From the NCBI GenBank assembly GCA_963847705.1, contig CAWKBC010000030.1, forward strand, positions 1-64,000: DNA of 64,000 bases, read 5' to 3'. The translations under genes were made by a program, and so were the position numbers. Position 1 is the stretch's first letter, and the number at the start of each line of letters is the position of its first letter. This stretch comes from an uncultured Pseudomonadota bacterium (GTDB lineage: Bacteria; Myxococcota_A; Polyangia; Fen-1088). Shown here piece after piece: positions 30,211 to 44,387 of the stretch. The notes below the pieces were generated by a model. That model was not told where the DNA came from. It worked only from the letters and a program-made list of their open reading frames with translations, and searched no databases.

Positions 30211-31022
30211 GAGAGCTGGTCGCCGCTTCGGGTCCCGGCTGGGAGCTGTCGCTCCTGCGCTCCGACCTGCTCGCCGCGCCGTTCGTTCACGGGTTCACCA
30301 CGCGCGCGGGCGGCGTGAGCGCGCCGCCCTTCGACACGCTGAACCTGGGCGCGAAGTGGGGCGACGATCCGGCGCGCGTCGCCGAAAATCGGAGGCGACT
30401 CGCGCGCGCGACGGCGGGTCCCCTGTTCGTGGCGCGCCAGGTTCACGGCAGGGCCATCGCGCGCGTGCGCGCCGGTGACGATCCTGCCGCGCTCGCGCAG
30501 GTCGAGGCGGACGGAATCTGCAGCGATTCGCCCGGCCTGACGCTGGGGGTGTTCGTGGCCGACTGCGTTCCGGCGCTGGTCGTCGATCCGCGCACGGGGA
30601 GCTTCGCGGCGGTCCACGCCGGGTGGCGCGGGACCGTGGCAGGCGTGCTGCCGGCGGCGGTGCGGACCCTCGGGACCGAGTTCGGCGCGCGCCCGCAGGA
30701 TCTGCGGATCGCGCTGGGGCCGGCGATCGGCCCCTGCTGCTTCGAGGTGGGCCCCGAGGTGGTCGCGGCGTTCGAGGCGCTCTTCCCCGAGGCGCACGCC
30801 CGCCGGATCGTGTTGCCTTCGCCGCGTGGGGCGGCCGGCAAGGCGAACGTCGATCTGAAGGCCGCGAACCGCCTGCTGCTCGAACGGGTGGGCGTCGCGC
30901 CCGCCGCGCTCGACGCCGGTCCCGAGTGCACGCACTGCGACCGCGCGCGTTTCTTCTCGTTTCGCCGCGACGGCGGCGGGATCGGCCAGTTGATGGGTGT
31001 CGTGGGTCGAACCGAGCCTTGA
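30207..31022 (+). CDS. pgeF: Peptidoglycan editing factor / purine nucleoside phosphorylase PgeF (YfiH)
   Basis: HGFTTRAGGVS, QVHG, ADCVP, HAGWRG, GPAIGPCCFEVG, FFSFRR. Confidence 0.95.
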   Translation: MRELVAASGPGWELSLLRSDLLAAPFVHGFTTRAGGVSAPPFDTLNLGAKWGDDPARVAENRRRLARATAGPLFVARQVHGRAIARVRAGDDPAALAQVEADGICSDSPGLTLGVFVADCVPALVVDPRTGSFAAVHAGWRGTVAGVLPAAVRTLGTEFGARPQDLRIALGPAIGPCCFEVGPEVVAAFEALFPEAHARRIVLPSPRGAAGKANVDLKAANRLLLERVGVAPAALDAGPECTHCDRARFFSFRRDGGGIGQLMGVVGRTEP

Positions 31023-31121
31023 AGGCGTGGCACCGGGACGCTAACGTCACCGGGTGGCGACCACCACGCACTGCGGTCACACCTTCCTGGATGCTCTCCA
31101 GACAACTGAGAAAGGCCGGTC

Positions 31122-31415
31122 ATGGCGGACGCGCTCGGGATGATTGAAACCAAGGGCTTCGTGGCGATGGTCGAAGCGGCCGACGCCATGGTCAAGGCGG
31201 CGAAGGTCGAGCTCGTCGGCTACCAGAAGATCGGCGACGGATTCGTCACCGCCATCGTGCGCGGCGACGTCGCGGCGGTGAAGGCGGCGGCGGAAGCCGG
31301 CCAGCGCGCCGCGGAACGGATCGGCGAGGTGGTCGCCGTCCACGTCATTTCTGAACCGCACGTCAACGTCGATCAGGTCCTGCCGCTCGGCCGGGCCGAC
31401 AGCGCGCAAGGGTGA
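31122..31415 (+). CDS. Bacterial microcompartment hexamer shell protein (BMC-H)
   Basis: ALGMIETKG...[11 protein letters not shown]...[10 protein letters not shown]...HVI. Confidence 0.95.
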   Translation: MADALGMIETKGFVAMVEAADAMVKAAKVELVGYQKIGDGFVTAIVRGDVAAVKAAAEAGQRAAERIGEVVAVHVISEPHVNVDQVLPLGRADSAQG

Positions 31416-31933
31416 CGGCCCAGGGCACGGGCAAGCCGCGGCGGGGCCTCCGTCGCGCGCTCGGCCTCATCGGGATCCTGGCGGCTGTCTATGGACTGGC
31501 GGTGCTGGTCGCGCGCCCGCACGTTCCCGACCCGCTCACGAATCCGTACGCCGGGGAGCGTGGCGGGTCGCTGTCGAAGTCGGCGGGAATCGAGATGCGC
31601 TATCGCAGAGGCGACGAAGAGCGCGCCGTGGAGCCGCAGACGATCCTGCGCGCGGGCGATCGGCTGCGGCTCACGGTGAAAGGGGAGGGGCCGCACTACG
31701 TCGAGGTGCGCATGCGCGACGGCGCGGCGGCGCCCGCCACGATCTTCCCGGCCGCCGGCGCGGCGACGATGGTTCAAGTGTCGCCGGGTGAGACGCTCCC
31801 GGTGATGCCGGTGCTGGGCCCCAGCGCTGGCAAGCTGGTGGTGACCGCGCTCTTCTCCGACCACCCGCGCCCCGTCGGCGCGCCCGCCGAGCCCGACACG
31901 CAAGCAATCACCGCCGTCATCGCCAAGGAGTAG
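31412..31933 (+). CDS. Membrane-anchored hypothetical protein (DUF4384-like beta-sandwich)
   Basis: N-terminal TM; LRAGDRLRL..., IFP, ALFSD.P; GTGA-coupled to BMC-H. Confidence 0.5.
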   Translation: MTAQGTGKPRRGLRRALGLIGILAAVYGLAVLVARPHVPDPLTNPYAGERGGSLSKSAGIEMRYRRGDEERAVEPQTILRAGDRLRLTVKGEGPHYVEVRMRDGAAAPATIFPAAGAATMVQVSPGETLPVMPVLGPSAGKLVVTALFSDHPRPVGAPAEPDTQAITAVIAKE

Positions 31934-31943
31934 CGTTCGTTCG

Positions 31944-32297
31944 TCATGACGGCGACCGCCAAGAGGGCCGGGGCCGTCGTCCTCGCCGTCGTCCTCGCCG
32001 GTGCGGCCGCCCTCCGACTGGCGAGCGCCGAGCCCGGCGCCGCCGGCGGAGCATGAGCAGGCCGAGGCCGAGGGCGCAGACTCCTGCCAGCGACGACGAG
32101 GATCCGCTGGCCACGGCGCAGGCGCATCCGCTCGACGCTCCGGAGGTCGCGCCGCTGTCGCCCGAGGCGCCGCCGGTCGCGCCCGGCTCCTCGCCGCCCG
32201 TGCCAGACGGGTTGCCGGAGCCACGGGTGGAGGTGACGGCTCCGCCGGTGCCCGAGGAGGTCCCGCCCGCCCCGTTGCCGTCGTTGCCGATCCCCAC
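31944..32297 (-). pseudogene. Orphan Gly-rich linker plus MYXO-CTERM-like tail
   Basis: ...SSGCACAV...LAGVCALGLGLLMLRRRRR; no signal peptide or passenger domain upstream. Confidence 0.55.
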
Positions 32298-32344
32298 GCC
32301 GCCGCCGCTCTGATCACGCCGCCATGGAGAGGAGCGCGCGGGCG

Positions 32345-33004
32345 TCAGCCGTCGCGCAGGATCCGGGCGACGAAGGCCGGGCGCAGGTAGAAACCGTGCT
32401 TGCCGACGCGCGCCGGGTTGCCGGCGGCGTCGTAAGCGTCGCGCAGATCGTCGGCGTCGCGCCCCTTCGGACGCACCTGCAGCACCTCCCCGAGGTGCCC
32501 GGTGATCTCGGCGGCACGACCCTGGCGGTAGTAGCCGCGCACGAACAGCTCGAAGTCGTCGCGCAGGGCGCGCGCTTCGTCGGCGTCGGGCGACCAGAGG
32601 CGCACGGCGGCCACCCGCCGCTCGCCGACCGAGCGGGCCCCACTTGGGACGGCCAGCGCGACGAAGAGGACGCGGGCCAGCTTCTGGCGCACGTAGCTCG
32701 AGTCCCAGGACTCGCCCGCGATGGCGACCGGATCGATCTGACAGACGGCGGTCGATTCGAGCGGCTCCAGCGATTCCCGGACCGGGACGGTCTTCAATTC
32801 GACCCCCAGCGCCGCGAAGTCGGGCCCGCGTGCGCCGCCGCCCGCCACCCCCAGCTCGTGCTCGATCACCTGGCCCGACCACCCCTTGGTGCGCAGGCGA
32901 CCGACCGGGACCGGGAGGCCGAGCGTGTCGGCCAGCTCGGAGAGCTCCACCCCGACCAGCGCCCGCGCGTGGGCGAGCAGGGCCTCGAGCGTCTCCCCTT
33001 CCAT
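32345..33004 (-). CDS. mutH: MutH/Sau3AI-family endonuclease
   Basis: KGWSGQ..E..LG, PDFAALGVELKTVP (PD-ExK), PLEST, GEVLQVRPK, GFYLR. Confidence 0.85.
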   Translation of the reverse strand: MEGETLEALLAHARALVGVELSELADTLGLPVPVGRLRTKGWSGQVIEHELGVAGGGARGPDFAALGVELKTVPVRESLEPLESTAVCQIDPVAIAGESWDSSYVRQKLARVLFVALAVPSGARSVGERRVAAVRLWSPDADEARALRDDFELFVRGYYRQGRAAEITGHLGEVLQVRPKGRDADDLRDAYDAAGNPARVGKHGFYLRPAFVARILRDG

Positions 33005-33181
33005 GCCCTGACCGTGAGCGAATTTCGCGGCCAGGTCCAGCGCCCGATGGACCAGCCGCACCGGCGCCGGGGTCGAGCCGGCACCGGCGCCGGGGGGCGA
33101 GCCGGCGCGAAAACGGCGCACGGAAGAGCCATCCCCTTTACCCGTTGAAAGCGGGCCGCATTAGCGGTAGCACCTTGGCCC

Positions 33182-34261
33182 ATGAGCAACCGCGTGTTCA
33201 ACTTCAGTGCAGGGCCGGCCATGCTGCCGACCGAGGTTTTGGAAGCATCCGCCAAGGCTCTGGTCGATTTCCAGGGCAAGGGCTTCGGCATCGCCGAGTG
33301 CAGCCACCGGGGCAAGGAGTTCGACGGCGTCCTCGACGAGGCGATCGCCAAGTGCAAGGCGCTGCTGTCGGTCCCCGACACGCACGACATCCTGTTCCTG
33401 CAGGGCGGGGCCACGCAGCTCTTCAACACCATCCCGATGAACATCCTCAACGGCACCGCCGACTACGTGGTGGGCGGCGAGTGGTCGAAGAAGGCCGCCG
33501 GCTCCGCGCAGAGCGCCTACGGCGAGAAGATTCGCGTCATCGCCAGCAGCGAAGAGACCAAGTTCGATCGCCCGCCCACGGGCTGGAAGGCCGATCCGAA
33601 CGCCGCCTACCTGCACGTCTGCTCCAACGAGACGGTGCACGGTCACCGGCTGGTCGAGTGGCCCGAGCACCCGACCCTGGTCGTCGATGCCAGCTCCGAG
33701 ATGATGTCGCGGCCCCACCCGGTGTCGCGCACCGCGCTCATCTACGCCGGCGCGCAGAAGAACCTGGGCCCGGCCGGCGTGGTGGTGGCGATCGTCCGCA
33801 AGGATCTCTACCCGCGCATCGCCAAGAGCGTCCCCAAGATCTTCAGCTTCCAGGCGATGGCCGAGGCCAAGAGCTGCCTCAACACGCCGCCCACCTTCGG
33901 GATCTACTTCCTGCTGGAGACCTTCCGCTGGCTGGAGGCGCAGGGGGGCCTGGCGGCGATCGAGAAGCGCAACGCCGAGAAGGCGGCGCTGATCTACGAG
34001 GCCATCGACAGCTCGGGCGGCTACTACAAGGGGACCGTGGCCGACAAGAGCGCGCGCAGCCACATGAACGTGACCTACCTCCTGCCGAGCGAGGAGCTCA
34101 CCGACAAGTTCGTCAAGGAGGCCTCCAAGAACGGCATGGTGGCGCTCAAGGGCTACCGCACCGTCGGCGGCATCCGCGCCTCGATCTACAACGCCATGCC
34201 GGTCGCCGGCGCCAAGGCGCTGGCCGACTTCATGGCAACGTTCGCCAAAGCGAACGGCTGA
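33182..34261 (+). CDS. serC: Phosphoserine aminotransferase
   Basis: NFSAGPAMLP, SHR, LQGGA, NETVHG, YAGAQKNLGPAG, NTPP, GGIRASIYNAMP. Confidence 0.97.
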   Translation: MSNRVFNFSAGPAMLPTEVLEASAKALVDFQGKGFGIAECSHRGKEFDGVLDEAIAKCKALLSVPDTHDILFLQGGATQLFNTIPMNILNGTADYVVGGEWSKKAAGSAQSAYGEKIRVIASSEETKFDRPPTGWKADPNAAYLHVCSNETVHGHRLVEWPEHPTLVVDASSEMMSRPHPVSRTALIYAGAQKNLGPAGVVVAIVRKDLYPRIAKSVPKIFSFQAMAEAKSCLNTPPTFGIYFLLETFRWLEAQGGLAAIEKRNAEKAALIYEAIDSSGGYYKGTVADKSARSHMNVTYLLPSEELTDKFVKEASKNGMVALKGYRTVGGIRASIYNAMPVAGAKALADFMATFAKANG

Positions 34262-34433
34262 TCGACGGCCCAAGCCAAGGCTGACGAACGGCGGATCGAC
34301 GGCCAAAGCCAACGGCGGATCGACCGCCAAGGCGAACGGCCAAGCTCAGCGAGGGCGTCGTCTTGCCGCCGTGAGGGATCTTCGCGTGTCACGACGATAA
34401 CGGTGGCCGGGGCCGCGCGCGAGCGTGGCGCCG

Positions 34434-35825
34434 CTATTCGTTGCGGCGGAACTTCTGCGGGTCGAGGCCGAACTTCTTGATCCAGCGCCAGACGGCGGCG
34501 CGGTGCTTGCCGAGCTCGCGCGAGACGTCGGCCACGTTCCCCTCGTAGCGGCGCAGCGACTCCTCGATCTGCGCCGGTGTCGGCGACGGTCCGGTGGTGC
34601 GGCGCACGCCCGCGCTGGTGCCGGCGGGGGCCGACAGCACGCGCGCGATCGGCTCCGGCAGATCGCGCAGCGCGATCGGCTTGTCGCCCCCGGTCAGCAC
34701 CGCCGCGGTGGAGATGATCTTCTCCAGCTCGCGGACGTTGAGCGGCCAGCCGTGCAGCGCCAGCGCGCGGAAGGCCGGTTGCTCGAACTTGGCGGACGAG
34801 GAGGCCCGCCCCAGAAAATGCGCGACGAGGGCGCCCAGATCCTCGACCCGGTTGCGCAGCGGCGGCAGGTAGATCGGCGCCGCGCCCAGGCGCCCCACGA
34901 TGTCGTCGCGCAGGCCGCTCGGGCCCTTGCCCGGCCCGGCGGCGGTGCGGTTGGTGGCGGCGACGATGCGCACGTCCATCTGGCGCGGCCGCGTCGACCC
35001 CAGCGGCGTCAGCTCGCGGTCCTGCAGAAAGCGCAGGATCTTGATCTGCGCCTCGGGCGTCATCTCGCCGATCTCGTCGAGGAACAGCGTCCCCCCCTCG
35101 GCCTCCTCGATGAGCCCCGCCTTGGCCTGGTGCGCGGTGGAGTGCGCCCCCTGCCGGTAGCCGAACAGCTCGCTTTCGACCAGCTCGCGCGGGATGGCGG
35201 CGCAGTTGATGGCGACGAAGCGACCCTTGCGGCCGCTCGCCTGATGCACGGCGCGCGCGTAGACCTCCTTGCCGGCGCCGGTCTCGCCCAGGATCAGCAG
35301 CTCGCCCTCGGACGCCGCCAGCCGGCGCAGGCGATCGCAGGCCACCGCCAGCGTCGGGGAGGCGGTCGCCACCGGGCCGAAGGGGGCCACCAGCTCGGCC
35401 TTGATCGCCTCGAGCTCGATCTGCGACACCATCCGGAAGACGGCCACGTGGTTGCCGAAGAACAGCAGCGCGCCGTCACGGAGGCGCGCTTTCCCCAGCT
35501 CTCGGTCGACGCGCTGGTTGTCGATCCAGCTGCCGTTCTTGCTGCCCAGATCTTCGAGGTCGTAGCCGCCGGCCACCCGGGTGATCCGCGCGTGCTGGCT
35601 CGAGACCAGACCGTCGTCGAGAACGGCGGCGTTGGCCCCCACCGGCACCCCCTCCGCCCGCCGCCCCACGAAGAGATCGTCGCCGGCGATCTGCAGGCGC
35701 GTGCGCGCGGGGAGCGCGGGCATGTCCGCGCTGCCGACCACCAGCAGCACCGCCCGATCCTTCTGCTCGCCCGGCGAGAGCGGAGACTGGACCGCCGTCA
35801 GCGTTCGTTCGGCGGGATCGCGCAT
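34434..35825 (-). CDS. FHA-domain sigma54-type enhancer-binding protein (FHA-AAA+-HTH)
   Basis: VGR...VSSQHA...DLGSKNGS (FHA); GETGAGKE, LFLDEIGE, WPLNVREL, Fis-like HTH. GAFTGA is replaced by GAHSTA. Confidence 0.92.
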   Translation of the reverse strand: MRDPAERTLTAVQSPLSPGEQKDRAVLLVVGSADMPALPARTRLQIAGDDLFVGRRAEGVPVGANAAVLDDGLVSSQHARITRVAGGYDLEDLGSKNGSWIDNQRVDRELGKARLRDGALLFFGNHVAVFRMVSQIELEAIKAELVAPFGPVATASPTLAVACDRLRRLAASEGELLILGETGAGKEVYARAVHQASGRKGRFVAINCAAIPRELVESELFGYRQGAHSTAHQAKAGLIEEAEGGTLFLDEIGEMTPEAQIKILRFLQDRELTPLGSTRPRQMDVRIVAATNRTAAGPGKGPSGLRDDIVGRLGAAPIYLPPLRNRVEDLGALVAHFLGRASSSAKFEQPAFRALALHGWPLNVRELEKIISTAAVLTGGDKPIALRDLPEPIARVLSAPAGTSAGVRRTTGPSPTPAQIEESLRRYEGNVADVSRELGKHRAAVWRWIKKFGLDPQKFRRNE

Positions 35826-35879
35826 CCCCCACAGACTAACACCTGGGCCCTCTGTTTGGCCGCGCGCCTTCGATTGTGG

Positions 35880-38299
<2,420 letters not shown>

Positions 38300-38303
<4 letters not shown>

Positions 38304-39100
38304 AACGTCCCTCCCAGCAGGCCAGGGCCGATCCAGACGGCGACGAAGTCATTCCGCGCGTGCCGGCGCACCAGTAGAAACCGGGCCACGCCCGTCGCCG
38401 TCAGCACCGCGCCGATCGCCAGCGCGCCGACGGCGACGTCGAGGCGCGCGCCGGCCGTCGACCAGTGGCTCTGGTACGCGCTGTAGCTCGGCGCGTTCTC
38501 GGCCTCGCCGCGCGCGCTCTCGGCCGCCACGAGGTAGCCGATGCCGATGCCCAGCGCGACCACGCCGGCGCTGGTCAGCCCGAGGCCCCAGGGATCGCGG
38601 CTCCAGCGCGGCGGCGCCGGTCTGGGGGGCGGCGGCGCCGGTGCCGGCGTCATGATCACCACCTCGGGTTTCTTGGCCAGCTCCTGCGCGCAGCGCGCGA
38701 GCGCGATCTGCGTGGCGTCGATCTGCAACGCAGGGGGCCTGGTGGTCAGGAAGCGCTGGTAGAGGACCACCGCGCCCCGGCAGTCACCGCCGAGCCGCTT
38801 GGCCTGCGCCTCGGCAAACAGGAACTCGCGGCGGGGATCGAGCGCGAAGCCCTCTTCCAGATCGCCGATGGCCGCCGCGTAGTCGCGCGTCTCGAACTTC
38901 TTCAGCGCGCGATCATAGAGCGCCTGCGCCGCCGGGTGCATGGGGCCCTCCAGCTCACCCGGGCCGCTCTCGGGCGCCGCGGCCGCCGGCGCGGCGGCAC
39001 GCGCCGCCGCCGGGACCGAAACGGCGCCGCCCGAGACCAGAACGAGCAGAGCGACGAGAGCGAGCGGGCCGCAGCGAAAAGCCCGCCGTAGGTGCTCAGA
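38300..39100 (-). CDS. TPR protein with C-terminal hydrophobic segments; apparent frameshift near 39050
   Basis: A..LY..A...F...DY..A..., FLFAEAQA.R..G.C..A..LY.RFL; Pro-rich linker; the signal region lies in a shifted frame, start approximate. Confidence 0.7.
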
Positions 39101-39232
39101 TCGAGGTGAAGGCCTACGCTGAATGGCCCGTCCACGTTATGCCCCTGCCACGGCGCTGTCGAGAGCCGCGGCTGCGTCGGGGGGCCAGGGACACGGTCGA
39201 CGAGCTTCGCCGCGTGGGTCTTCAAGGCGTCG

Positions 39233-40711
<1,479 letters not shown>

Positions 40712-40810
40712 CTCCGCGCCCAGAATATCAGAACCCGGGGGGCATTCGCGCTCAGATGGACGGCATTGGCGCCGGCATCCTGGCCTGGCCGGCGGCGGGT
40801 GACGTTTCGC

Positions 40811-40917
40811 TGTTGCGCAACCCTGCGACGCGGCGACTTTTCCTCGATATTTCAGCTAGATCGCGGGGCGGCATGAGAGAATGGGCCGTATTCGCGGGGT
40901 TCTCTGGTTGCGCAACA
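40811..40917. promoter_or_regulatory. Two palindromic GTTGCGCAAC boxes in a divergent promoter region
   Basis: tgttgcgcaac at 40811 and ggttgcgcaaca at 40906, between the kinase and the first HzsA-like gene. Confidence 0.4.
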
Positions 40918-41019
40918 AACGCCCCGAAAATGCTCCGCAAGCCCGGCCATCCGGCTGTTTCCGACGCAATTCGATTGGCCCCCTTATTGCGTAATCCAGC
41001 GAACGAAGGAGAGCCGCTC

Positions 41020-43419
41020 ATGCGAGACAAGCTCACACTCAAGACACTTTGGTTGCTGCAGTCGAGCGTCCTCGGGTTGGCGCTCGGGGCCGGCGCCGGG
41101 TGCAGCTCGACGAGCAAGACCACCGGGAACGTCAGCGCGCTGCCGGCCGACGTCCAGGCGATCACCTTCTTGCAGCGCACGCCGCGCAACGACGACGGCA
41201 ACGTCTTCGACTACGCCAACTTCGTCCCGGGCGGTCGGCTGTCGATGCTCTCCCCGCCCTCGGCGGACGGGCAGCTGACGGTCATCTTCCCGAACACGGC
41301 GACCTGCACCGCGCTCCTCAAGAACATGGACGGCACGGACGCCTCGCCCACCGACATCAGCAACTGCGTGAGCGGCTCCGACGTCCAGGCGTACAATCTC
41401 TCGTTCGACGCCAAGTCGGTGGTCTTCTCGGCCCAGCTCCCGGGCGACGGCAGCTACCAGATCTATTCGATCAACCTGGACGGGTCGGACCTGAAGCAGC
41501 TGACCAGCGGCGGGAACGACTTCGTCTATCCGGTCTACGCGCCGGGCGATCGCGTCACCTTCATGACCAACCGCAACGTCGAGGCGGACGCCGACCCCAG
41601 CTCGATGCAGTTCAAGGACGAGTACGAACGCGCGGTGACCGCCCAGGTCGGCAGCGTCACCACCAGCGGGACGGACCTGCAGCTCGGACCGCGCAACGTC
41701 TCCCACCGCGTCTCGCCGGCGCTGCTGCCCGACGGCCACGTGCTCTACACCGAGTGGATGCACATGGGCGAGGTCAACGAGGGGCACCTCCGCATGATGA
41801 ACACCGACATGACGGGGATGAAGGAGGCGTTCGGCGACGAGCTCGCCGCGCAGTATCCGTCGACCAACAGCTACCTCAAGGCCCGCTACGTCAAGACCAC
41901 GCCGTACTTCGACGTCGCCGCCAACAAGATGCTCGACGACTATCAGGTCATCGCCGTGGCCACCTCGCGCGATCGCACCCTGCAGTCGGGCAAGCTGTTC
42001 CTCATCGATCTCAACGGCAGCGAGGCCAACTCGACCTCGCAGGACCTGACGCCGCTCATCCCGGGCGATCGGTCGCCGAGCTCGCAGGGGATCGGCCGCT
42101 ACTACGACGCCGAGCCGGTGGGCGACGAGGCCCCGGGGCAGTTCCTCACCTCCTGGTCGGATGGCCCGGTCCAGTCGGAGGAGCTCGACCGCGCGATGAG
42201 CACCGCGCAGTTCGGCATCTACGTGCTCGACGCGGCGAACGCCAACGCCAGCAACGGCGGCCGCTCGCCCATCTACGACGACCCGAACTACTGGGACGTC
42301 CTGCCCCGCCCGGTGAAGGTGCGCCCCGAGCCGGCCAACCTGGCTTCGCAGATCAGCACCACCGACACCAGCACCACCGTCGGCTGCCTCAACGTCTACA
42401 ACTCGTCGCTGCTGACCATCCCGCAGGGGAGCGTGACGAAGGTGCGGCTCATCGAGGGCTTCTCGGGCGAAGAGGGGGGCGTCGACATGTTCGGCACCAC
42501 CGAGTTCGACGGGCAGTCGAAGTACGGCGAGATTCCGATCCAGGACGACGCCTCGTTCGCCGCCGACGTCCCGGCCAACGTGCCGCTGCACATCCAGCTG
42601 GTCGACAAGTTCGGCATGGCCACGGCGGTCAGCGGCAGCCACGGCACGGCCGTGGACACCCCGGTCGCCAACGAGGACATCTGGTTCTCCGGCCGCTCGG
42701 GCGAGTCGCGCTTCTGCGGCGGCTGCCACGAGAACCGCACCGTGGCCTCGTCGATTCAGCCGGGGGCGACCCAGGCCGTCATCCACGGTCCGGTCAACCT
42801 CGACGCGCCCCGGGCCTCTCGCCAGTCGACCACGGCCTACGTGCTCGCCAACGGCGCCCTGCCGGCCGGGACCAACGCGGCCAACCCGGGTGACAACGAC
42901 GTGCGCGGCGTCCCCTGGGATCTGGCCATTCAACCGATCCTCGACGCCAAGTGCGCCACCTGCCACAACGGCGACGCCACCCAGTCCTACAACCCGAGCT
43001 ACACCGTCACCGACATGACCAGCGGGACCTCGCAGACCTTCGTGTTCGACCTGCGCGGCCAGAAGCTCAACGTCACCGTCGGTGAGAAGATGACGGGGGA
43101 CTTCACCGCATCGTACCTGTCGCTGATGGGGCTGGGCGAGATCCTGGGCGACGACGTCGTCAAGATCACCGGGACGCCGCCCGACTACGTGACGGCGGCC
43201 GCGGCCGAGACCAGCAAGCTCATGACCGAGCACCTGAATCCGCCGCAGCGCTACCCGCTCGACACCAACACCCGCCTCGTGCCGGGCCTGGCGGTCCACC
43301 CGGTGGACGTCGGCGGAACCGAGCTGACGCCGGACGAGTACTACCTCTTGGAGCTCAACATCGACATGGGTGGCCAGTACTTCTTCCGGGAGAACCTGGA
43401 CGAAGCAGGGTCTCAGTAA
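41020..43419 (+). CDS. HzsA-like lipoprotein: TolB-like beta-propeller, HZS-alpha-middle-like domain, two c-type heme motifs
   Basis: AAGGAG RBS; lipobox GAGC; LSFDAKSVVFS, P.LLPDG.VLYT.W; GEIPIQDDASF.A.VPANVPL.IQLVD..GMA; CGGCH and CATCH. Confidence 0.78.
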   Translation: MRDKLTLKTLWLLQSSVLGLALGAGAGCSSTSKTTGNVSALPADVQAITFLQRTPRNDDGNVFDYANFVPGGRLSMLSPPSADGQLTVIFPNTATCTALLKNMDGTDASPTDISNCVSGSDVQAYNLSFDAKSVVFSAQLPGDGSYQIYSINLDGSDLKQLTSGGNDFVYPVYAPGDRVTFMTNRNVEADADPSSMQFKDEYERAVTAQVGSVTTSGTDLQLGPRNVSHRVSPALLPDGHVLYTEWMHMGEVNEGHLRMMNTDMTGMKEAFGDELAAQYPSTNSYLKARYVKTTPYFDVAANKMLDDYQVIAVATSRDRTLQSGKLFLIDLNGSEANSTSQDLTPLIPGDRSPSSQGIGRYYDAEPVGDEAPGQFLTSWSDGPVQSEELDRAMSTAQFGIYVLDAANANASNGGRSPIYDDPNYWDVLPRPVKVRPEPANLASQISTTDTSTTVGCLNVYNSSLLTIPQGSVTKVRLIEGFSGEEGGVDMFGTTEFDGQSKYGEIPIQDDASFAADVPANVPLHIQLVDKFGMATAVSGSHGTAVDTPVANEDIWFSGRSGESRFCGGCHENRTVASSIQPGATQAVIHGPVNLDAPRASRQSTTAYVLANGALPAGTNAANPGDNDVRGVPWDLAIQPILDAKCATCHNGDATQSYNPSYTVTDMTSGTSQTFVFDLRGQKLNVTVGEKMTGDFTASYLSLMGLGEILGDDVVKITGTPPDYVTAAAAETSKLMTEHLNPPQRYPLDTNTRLVPGLAVHPVDVGGTELTPDEYYLLELNIDMGGQYFFRENLDEAGSQ

Positions 43420-43441
43420 CAACGGACGGGAGCCAGTGAAC

Positions 43442-44299
43442 ATGCGAATCATCAACATGAACGCAAAGAAGCTCGCGATCGTCGGCACGCTCGGACTCGC
43501 CCTGGCGGCGGGGCGGGGCGCGAACGCTGGGACCGGCGGCAGCGCCTCGACCATCCAGCAGGCCATCTCCGCCAACTCGGTCGACTCCATCAAGGCCGAG
43601 CTCGAACGGACGGAGTTCCTGGTCTGCGCCGCCTGCGTCGATCTGGTCACCCCGCTCGTCGACCACCCGGACGTTCGCGTCCGGACGGTCGCCGCCTGGT
43701 GGCTGGCCCGGCGCGGAATCGCCAAGACGATCCAGGTGCAGATGCTGACCCGGCTCTCGCAGCCCGACTCGACGGCGGCGCTCAACGCGGCTGACGTGCT
43801 GGGCGAGTTCCACTACGTCTCGTCGATCCCGGCGCTGGGGGCCGCGCTGTCGAACCCGACCTTCTCGGGGGCGGCGCGCGCGGAGATGGCCAAGGCGCTG
43901 GGGACGATCGGGCGCCCGGCGGGGACGCAGTATCTCACCACCGCGCTTGCCGACAGCGACCCACAGGTGCGCTCGGCCTCTCTGCTGGCGCTGCGGACCA
44001 TCCCGGGCTTCCACGACGGCAGCGTCGCGGCTCCCCTCATCGGCGACGGCGACGCGGGCGTGCGCTCCGACGCGGTCGTCACCGTCGGGATGTTCAAGTA
44101 CACCGGCGGAGCGTCGGCCCTCGTTTCGGCGCTCTCCGATCCGTCGCAGACGGTGCGCAAGAAGGCGGCCTGGGCGTTGGGCGAGATCGGGGCCTCTGCA
44201 TCGACGGCCGGCCCGGCCCTGCAGAACGCCGCCGCCAACGATCCGAGCCCGCTCGTCCGCTCGCTGGCCAAGGCCGCGCTGACCAAGCTCACGCAATAA
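43442..44299 (+). CDS. Exported HEAT-repeat protein with N-terminal CxxC
   Basis: Signal peptide; CAAC; repeated L.D.D..VR..A..ALG; start uncertain within 43436-43457. Confidence 0.85.
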   Translation: MRIINMNAKKLAIVGTLGLALAAGRGANAGTGGSASTIQQAISANSVDSIKAELERTEFLVCAACVDLVTPLVDHPDVRVRTVAAWWLARRGIAKTIQVQMLTRLSQPDSTAALNAADVLGEFHYVSSIPALGAALSNPTFSGAARAEMAKALGTIGRPAGTQYLTTALADSDPQVRSASLLALRTIPGFHDGSVAAPLIGDGDAGVRSDAVVTVGMFKYTGGASALVSALSDPSQTVRKKAAWALGEIGASASTAGPALQNAAANDPSPLVRSLAKAALTKLTQ

Positions 44300-44387
44300 G
44301 CTCGATTCTCGTCTCTCGCGTCTCGTTGTTCATCGTTGGTCGGTGTTCACAACCCGAGCGGGACTTGGTACAATCGGCGTCCCCGGA

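Noticed and set aside
31122-31415. Complete metabolosome locus
   Set aside because: No BMC-P, BMC-T or signature enzymes in the window.
34260-34345. Degenerate gatcgacggcc/aacggcg repeats after serC
   Set aside because: Looks like local slippage of the serC 3' end; no evidence of function.
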